NCBI GenBank assembly: GCA_964247055.1
Contig: OZ176054.1
Location: 9,920,001-9,984,000, forward strand
Source of the DNA: Paragordius varius
Taxonomy: Eukaryota; Animalia; Nematomorpha
Direction: 5' to 3'
DNA length: 64,000 nt
Position 1 is the stretch's first letter. Each line of letters opens with the position of its first letter. The notes beneath the pieces are model-generated. The model searched no databases. It was not told where the DNA came from and saw nothing but the letters and a program-made list of their open reading frames with translations. Both the position numbers and the translations under genes were made by a program. Shown here one piece after another: positions 54,998 through 64,000 of the stretch.

Positions 54998-56431
54998 CTA
55001 AATATGTGCATGATCAGTTAATTACCATTATAAATAGTATGTTTTAATAGTCTTAAATATACGACGTAATGTAAAAAAATGCTCAAATTAATCATGCATG
55101 TGTTAAAATATCGGAAAAATGCTAATTGGAAGCGTTTGTTGTTTATCATCATACGCTACTGTAAAATCCGTTAGTTTTAAGGCATTCATGATAAAATTGG
55201 CTAAATGTTATTCGATGTAATTTATATGGGCAGTTGATGTATATGTATATAAAATATTTTATGGCTAAATATCACTTGACCTGAAAAAAATAAAAAATAA
55301 ATTAAAAACAAAATTTACCAGCAAATCTCATGCCATCGTCTACATAAAAATATTATGTTATTCATATATAATATAAGTTTCCTGAAATGACTTCCCTTAT
55401 TACTTCTTAACAACAGAGTATGCACTCAAGAAAAATACACGGAAAAAATATGTAAAATACAGTATCTTCTTTTGATTTGGGAACTACATATTACAATAAT
55501 GAGAGCTGTTATTGGTTATTTTAATATTGTAAATGGCTTAAATAGATTTGATCATGTTTGTTGAAATATGCAATGAAATATGGTGTTAACAATAATTTTA
55601 ATGTATTTAAAAAAAATAAAAAATATAATACATGCAACATTAAACACCCTTTTAGCCATTTAAAATATGAAATTCCCAATTATAGCTCATGTTAATGTAT
55701 TTATGAATAATAAAATATCTTTATGGAAGTAACTCTAAGCTGAAACTTTAGCATATATGATGTTATTTTATAGAAATTAAAATTTAATTATTTTTAAATA
55801 ATATTTAATCTATGTTTATATGGGAATTTAAGTCTCAGATTTGTAAAACTAAGATGGGGGAGTGTCAATAAATAAACGCGAAAGGCCAAAATTGCGCTAT
55901 AGAAAATTGCTGGGCTATAGATAAAAATTATTTTTTATTAAATATCAATACTTTACGATAATTATATAAAACAAAGTATTTTGAAATGTCAGGTATAATG
56001 ACATCATTGTTTAATTAAAGTTAGTTTTGATACATTATTTTTCTTCAATGACGTCGCCGGTGTATATGTAGAAGTCAATTGTTTCTAACGTATGGCATTG
56101 TAAAAAATTGTTATTTATTATAGGATCTAATTTGTATAAGAAGGAATTTGTCCAAGGATCGGAGCATATCATATTTAATGTTTCCACGAATGGGTACATT
56201 ATGGATTAAATAACATTTTCATTATAAAGGGGGTATGTTTTGATAATTTAGTGTGTCCTAAAATTGATCTGTTTAGATATTAGATGCCAAAACTTTCCAT
56301 TGATTTCCGTATTTCGAAGTTATAAAATTCACTATGTTTCATATATTTGAACTAGGTCGTTGGCAAACAAAATTTGCTATGTATCCCTGATCTCATGTGA
56401 AATTACAACCAGAATTAAATCGAGTATAGAG

Positions 56432-57230
56432 CAGGGGTGGCCAATCTTTTTTTCCGTGGAATACTATTTTTAAGAGGAAACTTCACGCGGGCATGGATGA
56501 ATATTAAATAAAAAAAGATTTATTTATCACTTCAACACAAACGATTCAAATATTCTGTTTACGCACTGGGGTCACTAGCACAGGCCATTTAATAAAGATT
56601 CAAAAAGATAATTATTTTTGAGTAGTTATTTATATATAGTTCATAATTTAATCAAAATACATAAATAAATTTTATTCTGAAGTCTGATTGCCAAAGCAGT
56701 GCAGAAAACGCAAAACTACGCAATTCCAACGCAATCGGTGGACTCGTCAATGTGAGAATAAAATAAGATTTAATATTTTATGTAAATCGGTAAGATTCTG
56801 ATTAATATCATCTCTCCTCCCCATTTTCTAGATAGGTGTAAGCTTTATTGATTCCATGATATTATTTTTGTGTTCATAATTTTAAACAGAACTTCAGAAG
56901 CTGTAATTAAAGCTTCTTTCAATAACTTTGTCCTGAAAAGATTTGTTGTCTTTTTCTGATATTTTAATTTTAATGTATTTCATGATGCAATGTTTTTGAG
57001 AATTTAGTTGATTTCAATAGCTTGATTTTTTCGTATTATTTGTATTTTTGATTCATAATAGTAAAATGATTTGGATATTTGCTTTTATAGGCAACCGGAG
57101 TTAATATTAAACAAGTACATATTTATCATCCTTATTCGTTATGAAAAAAATATCTTCTTCACATCCATTTCTGTAAGAATTTTAGCATTTTTCTGTTTTT
57201 AATTATGCTATAATATAATGCAGGATACCT
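56432..57230 (-). pseudogene. hAT (Charlie/SPIN, ZBED8/FAM200-like) transposase relic, deletion derivative
   Basis: TIR CAGGGGTGGCCAA at 56432. Minus fragments KEALITASEVLF and HIDESTD...A*F.VF. Confidence 0.7.
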
Positions 57231-57246
57231 ATTTCTATTTCTTTAA

Positions 57247-57823
57247 CACTTCGATTCAAATTGGGGTTTCTAAATACCCCAGACTAAATTTATATTAGGA
57301 TTTTTAAAAAACTACTGAAGGAAACGGTCCCAATTTAAATTTATGCCTCTATCTGATAAAAATCATATAATAATGCCAAAATATCTTGATAAAATTTTGT
57401 TTTTTAAAAAAAGTTCCATCTCAAACTACTTCGACGCCATTTTTATTTTACAAAATTTTTGCAAAATATCGTCTTCATTTGATTTTAAGGGTAAAACTAA
57501 AGCTAAATTTTAATATAAATTACATCTAACATTGATAGAGATAGAAAAAGCGGTTTATTTTGTGTTATTTTTTAATTTATTTGACACATGTCACGTTGAC
57601 GAAATTTTTACCTTTCTGTTTTAGCTTAAAAAATTTAATATCAAATATTTTTAAATAAATTTTTTTATACATTTAGGTTTATTTATGTTATATAAGTGCA
57701 AAATTTTGCCATGATTTCGATTCCTTCCATACTTTTTAAAGTATTTGATTTTAAACAGGCCTGGGGTATCCAACTACCCCAATTTGAATCGAAGGACTAA
57801 AATGAGTGTGTTGTATCCATGTG
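57247..57823 (-). mobile_element. TTAA-flanked MITE, inverted copy of 34484-35036
   Basis: TTAA|CACTT...GTG|TTAA. Interior aligns with the reverse complement of 34484-35036. Confidence 0.7.
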
Positions 57824-58247
57824 TTAAATTAAACTATTTTTCAAGGATATCACAAATAATTTGAATAAAATACATACGAATGAAATCTATTAATAAATAA
57901 TAAAATAATTTAATTAAATGAAATATTTTGTCAACAAGTAATTTTAAACCAAAAAAATAAATTAAGAATATGATTAATTATAAATTTGTGGAAAAAAAAT
58001 TATATGCCGAAATAGTATTTAAATTTTTTAAAATTTTTCAGGCGGCACGTTTTTGAATCTCTCTGTCACAAAGTTAACCAAAATTTAAAGATAAAAGCTG
58101 TTTGCCACCGAATTTATGTAATACGCCATCTTTATATTTTAACGACAAATATTAGATTATTATTAGCCTATATTTGCAATTAGAAGTCATAGTACTTCCT
58201 ACCAAGCAAAGGGTGGCTTTATGAAACGAATGAGGACAGTGTTTACC

Positions 58248-58415
58248 ACGTGTCATAGTGTGAGAGGCGTTTCGTCTTTGTAGTGGACTCAGTCACTTAT
58301 AATGAACACGGGCAACTGTATATATACAAACTCCTAACTGACAGTGTTTTCCCGTGTTCATTGTGTTATGATGAGTCCACAACAATGACGAAGCGCATCT
58401 CTCACTATGAGACGT
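58248..58415. other. Isolated imperfect inverted repeat (arms about 70 bp, loop about 30 nt)
   Basis: TCATAGTGTGAGAGGCGTTTCGTC...AATGAACACGGG pairs with CCCGTGTTCATT...GACGAAGCGCATCTCTCACTATGA. Confidence 0.75.
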
Positions 58416-58787
58416 AGTTACTATCGTTTTTAAATTTTATGGTGGGAAGTATTATGACTATTTGCTAGGCAGGCTAATAATAATAATAATATCTATATTT
58501 TTCGTTATTAAAATATATTACATTTTAAAAAAATTACCAAAAATGGTACAAATCAATCAAATTGAATCCTGAAAATATTTTCACCAGAGGCATCAATTAA
58601 AACAAATTTTGTATAAAATGTTATGTTGTTTATAATTTTTAAATTCCAAAATACAGCTGAATGTCTCAAAAGCTTTACTAAAATTTATTTGGGGGGAAAC
58701 AGGCAAAATTTATTTTTTTGGCAACCTAGGCTTTTTATTTTAAAGACGGACCCTGACCTATTTTATCTGGTTATTGACTAATTTACT

Positions 58788-59069
58788 TAGGGGTGTCCAA
58801 ACAAATGGCTTGAAGAGCCACATTTGAATTAATATATATCAAGACATAAGTATCAAATATATTTATTATATATAAACACATAAAGATGTGTTAATTTTCA
58901 TATAAATAACAAAATAACCAGTAAAAAAATTATAATATTGCTCTATTAAAACTTAAATTAATGAATAAATAAATACCAATCAAATACGCAATTTATAACT
59001 CCAATATTATGGGTATTGCTATATCAAAAATGGGACTGTGGTTCTGGAACCACCTGTTGGACACCCCTG
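58788..59069. mobile_element. hAT-type MITE
   Basis: TAGGGGTGTCCAA...TTGGACACCCCTG inverted ends. TSD not recognisable. Confidence 0.65.
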
Positions 59070-59297
59070 TATATCAAACTTAATGCAACAAAAATTAAAG
59101 CTCGCTAAATTCGATTTCGAATTTCGAATGGTTTCAATACCGCTAGGAAGAATTTTTGTTTTCAATATGTTTTTTACACCATAAATTTAATATATTAGTG
59201 TGTGGTTATTTGTTCATATAAATAAACAATTAGGAATTGCAAACTATTTAATATTTTTTAACACACTCTACTCTAATAGTAAAAAGAATCGACTTAC

Positions 59298-62200
59298 AGT
59301 AAAAATGTGTCTCCATTTGACGAGATATGTCCTTTTCTCTGCCATAGACTGTTTGTACCATTATAGAGTATTTTCCGGGCTCCATGTTTTCCACCACAAA
59401 TCTTGTAACATTCTATGTATAAATTTTAAGTTTCTATGGGTTTAAAAACCATTTTATATTTTTCCATTATAGACATCATGTGGGTTATTTTGACAGAGAC
59501 TATCTCTGCTGATATTCATGATATTCATATATTTGAAACGAAAATTACAGGGGACGTAAAAAACTTCATCTATATATAATTAACAATAAATCTCATATTG
59601 TCAAATATCTACATACCGGAAAATTCACTTTAGTTATTCTTTTCATACCGTCCATGTTGAAAACAACCCAGCCATTTTTTTCTGATAATCGCGATAACTC
59701 ATATTCAAATATATAATTTGTTCCATTCATCTTCCATCCACATATCATAACTCTGAATCCCATAAATTGATGATTTTCGATCAAAGCAATTACTTTGCTC
59801 CAAAACTATGTTTATATACAGTATCAAATTAAATATTGTATTTATTCTTGCAAATATTAATGCGTTATATTGTGCCTCATTATATTTGATTAGGTGCAAA
59901 AATTTACTATATTTATTAAAATAGATCTTTTAGGATTTATCTTAAGAATATAAATAATTTTTGTAAAATTTTTCTCGATATTCTTCTTATAATAACTACT
60001 TAGTTGAAATGAGCCAGGGAGAATATAACATAATTACGGTACTTTTTGAATTTATTAGATAACTAATTAAAATGCGACTTTAAGTTTTATTTAGGAATTA
60101 TTATGTAACTTAATTTAACCCAGTGCGCGGTAAATTGCGATTCTGGGTAAGAATTAATAATTTCTTTAATATATGTTGGACCCAAAAGGTATTAAGTGTC
60201 TTTTTATATATTTATCCTGTAATCTATAAAACATCACACCAAATATAAATATTAGTTAAATTTCAAATATATAACAGTCTCAATAATAATACAAACAGGG
60301 TTTCATTAACCTGTATTGGGTACATCAATTTTGATCGAGAGACAATCATCAGTTTGCGAGATGATGGTGGATGTTACTTTGGAAGTAGAAAAATATATTT
60401 TTTCTTCATTGTCTATTTTTTTATCACATAATATGTTACCGTTATATGGCCTAAGTGTGGTACCTATAAACATTATAATTAATGAAAAGTTCTACCTGCT
60501 TGGAGGGCTGAATTTACAGGGACTTGTATAATAAAACTAGTGACTAAGGAATTTTATTATAAATTTTACCATTAATGGTTGCTATATACAAGTAAAAAGT
60601 AAATTAGTTTTGGTATATACAGTCATTTAATTAAATCATGATGAAATTATACTTTCTGTGTTAGAAATTGATACATTATGGTTGGTATCTACATATAAAA
60701 TAGTTTTAGAATATACACATCAAGACTAATTTTGAACCATTGTTAATCTATACTATTTTTCATAAAATTTTCCCTATTCATTAATATTGATAAAATATAA
60801 TTTTTCTTTATTCAAAAATATGACTTTTTCGAGCGCAACATATTCAAATAATAAACAACTTTTATTGAGAGCCTCAGTGGACGACAACGTTTTTCATTCG
60901 AACGCAACATCTTTATATTTTACAACATTTTTTAGTTAACATTTATTTAATATACAGCTTTGGGGTGTTAGCGTTGAATGCGTAAATAATATACAATTCT
61001 ACGGTTTCTTATTATTTTAATATCTAGGGTGCTATATAGTATTATTAATGATAAATTAAAATTAAACTTTTTTTTGAAAAGTTTTGAAATATGCCATCGC
61101 TTCAAGTTGATCCCTTAACATTGCAAATTGGTTATTTTAAGTTGGTCTATTTTACCCAAAACTATTTATCCTTCATTTTAAAATACCCTTTTCAGAGGCG
61201 TTATACGTTTAATAAAATAGAAGGAAATAACATTAATTGAATCATATATTCATTGCAATATTAACCATGGGAAGTATTAATTGATAAAAATGTTTTGATA
61301 TCTGCATCAAAAATAATGAATAGATCTCAAATGTCGATTAATATTTGAAGATCAACTTGAAGTGATTAAAATAAATTTGAGGAATGGGTTTTAAAAAAAT
61401 ATTAATATAATTTTATAGCTAGAAAAATTATTTACCTGAGAAAGATAATCCTTTTGAACCAACAAGACCTCCAATTACACCTTAAATTATATATTTTCTA
61501 ATACCTCCGATTGTGGTCACTAAAACGCCTGAAAATATAAAATATATCAATAAAAAGGAAACCTCCAGCCAAGAGTCCGCCTATATTTATGTTCATTTAA
61601 TATAAAAAAATTGTTAAAAAACAATGCACATACCTTTCCCAACTAGAAAAAATTTGTTGATATAAATATTAATACATATTAATTTCATAATAAAGGATTT
61701 TAAGTTATACCAATAGCTGCTTCTGCTAAATTCCATAATATATTTTATGTAATTAAAAAGAGATACAAATAATATTATTATTGTACCACTTATGGCTCCT
61801 AGAAGAGAGCTTTGAAGAGCAGTAGGAACTTTAGGGAGAGATTTCGGTACTAAATAAATTTAATAAATATTTGCATAAACGAGCCATTACTCTTAACGGC
61901 ATTTCCAATCTCATAATTATAATATAATGAACCTTTTTATAATACAGTTTGGAACCCCGTTATGGATAAATTTATTTTTTGGCATTTAAGAATTATATGA
62001 GGGTCAAATCTCATAAATTGTATTACCTGGATTTCTACCATCTAATCTTTTTCTACCTATTTCTATCTTTATTTAGAACAACAAATTATGGTTAAGAATT
62101 ATATTTAAACCATAAAAATTTTAATATAAATTTTATTACCAGGCCTTGGTGGTTTAATATTCCTATCATCATTCACATTTGATCCCTGTTTATGATCTAT

Positions 62201-62727
62201 GACGCAAATGTACCGTAATTTGATAGTTTATATTAAATATGATTTATCTATACCTGTTTCTTTAGGAACGTTATCATTGGGTTGATCATCCGAGAGTTTA
62301 ACTAATGTCGCATAATATTTTGCACAATTTGTAAATAAATCTTTGAAGGTAATATACGGATTTGTAAAATACGGGATAATTTAGTTTATGTCAAAATTAG
62401 TTTTAGGCATTTTATAATTATATCTAATGAAATTTAATTTATTTACAACATTAATACATATATAATGAATTTTCTTTAGTTTTTACCACCTCTATAAATA
62501 TTTGATTGTTGAGTGAATAGTTCTTTATTTATTTATGAAAGCATTACTTCTTTTATCATCAGGTTCCCCATCAGAAGAGGTATCATCTGAATGTGGTCGA
62601 TTTCGATTCGGGTTGGATGGTCCTAAATATTTTAGAGTGGGAATCGTACCAGCCTCCTCTTCGGGAATCAAACTATCTGCCTCCACGGTTTCTTGATCGT
62701 TTAAAACATCAGCCATGTTCTGCAAAT
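59298..62727 (-). CDS. Microexon-rich gene block: acidic disordered region, Gly-rich hydrophobic segment, FN3-like domain (one apparent frameshift)
   Basis: 17 exons with AG/GT sites: 62727-62548, 62340(or ~62301)-62254, 62196-62140, 62056-62027, 61849-61787, 61725-61711, 61642-61634, 61580-61563, 61528-61505, 61480-61436, 60688-60653, 60581-60570, 60522-60496, 60463-60440, 60376-60311, 59805-59617, 59412-59298. The first 15 are phase 1-1, and the last 15 have paralogs at 27519-29904. The spliced frame is open except for a frameshift near 59726. Confidence 0.7.
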
Positions 62728-63299
62728 CTTTTTTAACAATAATTTTAACAAACATTATAAAAAATGTATAAAATATAACATAAATTCGATATATTTTAAC
62801 CAGCCCAATATTTTAATTTTTAAGTCTCTAGATAACTCGAAGATTTTATTTAGATATTTCTCTTATTTATATGCTACTAGAGTAAATATCGGGGGAAGTA
62901 CTTCGGACTTTTTGTGGGGGATGGGGGGGCTATATATATAAGCCCTGTGAATATTGACGGAGGGAACTATATTTATTGCCGAATTTAACTATTGCATATA
63001 GGAATAATAAATTGGGATATTATATATATATATATATATATAAGGTAGGCATGCATAGAACACAATATAAATGTATTAATTTCTGTGGGTATTGACGGGT
63101 GCGCTAAATTTATTGCGAATTTACAAATTCTATTTGATATTATTATATATATAAAAAAGTAATCATGCACAAAATATATAAGGAGGATATATATATATAT
63201 AACCCATGTCTGGAATTATCATAGATCCCATATGTTCATATAAGTTCTTGTAAAATAATTACCAACTAAAATGTTTTATTTTAAGGGGTAATAAATATT

Positions 63300-64000
63300 T
63301 AAGCCCTTATTGAACTCACATTGACTCTTAGGTTTTCTGAAATTTGGCTGCAAAGTGCTGTGTCGATATTGTGACGCAGTTTTACGCGGGTAGCCACCTA
63401 AAGATGGGGTAACAAAGAAACGCTCGATTAAAATTTTTCTCTTAATTCGGGTATACCTGGAATCATAACTAATACCATATGCTCTCGTGAATTTTCGAAA
63501 AAATGCCTCAAAAACAAAAAGTCATTCTATGGTGGCGCATTTTTCAGGGTGAGGGCCTAATTAACGGCTAATTTTATAAAAACCGGTCCTACATTTTTGC
63601 CTTGTTGGGGCAATATTTTAAGCACCTATTGAAGGCTGGCCTAGGTTTTCTGAAATTTAGCCCCAAAGACACTCTATTTCGATATGACGGGGCAGTTTTT
63701 AGCGGGTATCTCCAGCAGCCAATATAAAAGGGGCACGACTAAAGTTTTGGGCTTTTAACAGAGAAAACCTGGATTCCCTATTTATGCGGTCTCATGAGCG
63801 AAAAATAGATTCAAAAAAATATTTTTTAGACTTAATTCTTATGAAAAAAATGGCATTAGGGAGAGCGAAAAAGAGGGCCTAAATTAAAAAAGCGAGCCGA
63901 CCATGTCCGATCGAAAAATAGTAAAAAAAATCATAATTGAAATCGAATATGGTCCAACACGTTTTCCGGAAAATTGTCTCAAAGACACGATTTTTGTGGA
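63300..64000 (-). mobile_element. Repeat of the same family as the 31049-32636 Helitron interior, truncated by the window end
   Basis: 63700-64000 aligns with ~32110-32440 (ATGGCATT...AAAAGAGGGCCTAAA...CAACACGTT...TGTCTCAAAGACACGATTTTTGTGGA), same orientation. Confidence 0.7.

Overview
Very AT-rich (roughly a quarter G+C by eye) eukaryotic, most likely invertebrate, genomic DNA with spliceosomal genes and a heavy load of decayed transposons. No rRNA, tRNA or CRISPR was seen, and most short ORFs in the track are artefacts. Transposons: a recent Ty3/gypsy LTR element lacking the reverse-transcriptase core (40110-43764) nested in a mariner relic; a 4.4-kb hAT element with nested MITEs (8792-13214); further mariner and hAT relics; several foldback/MITE families; TTAA-flanked MITEs; and a non-autonomous Helitron. 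The main signal, largely invisible in the ORF track, is a tandemly duplicated multi-exon gene system that I reconstructed by hand from paralog-to-paralog alignment and splice-phase logic. Three conserved minus-strand exons encoding a Ser/Gly/Arg-rich disordered C-terminus occur twice (13553-20869 and 37219-46166). Upstream of each lies a block (59298-62727 minus; inverted pseudogene copy 27519-29904 plus) made of a long run of symmetric phase-1 exons, many of them 9-36-nt microexons. Some introns in this block are only 24-34 nt. It encodes a glycine-zipper-like hydrophobic segment and a divergent fibronectin-type-III-like domain. Whether all blocks form one ~25-kb gene is inference. All gene models are unconfirmed and need RNA-seq.
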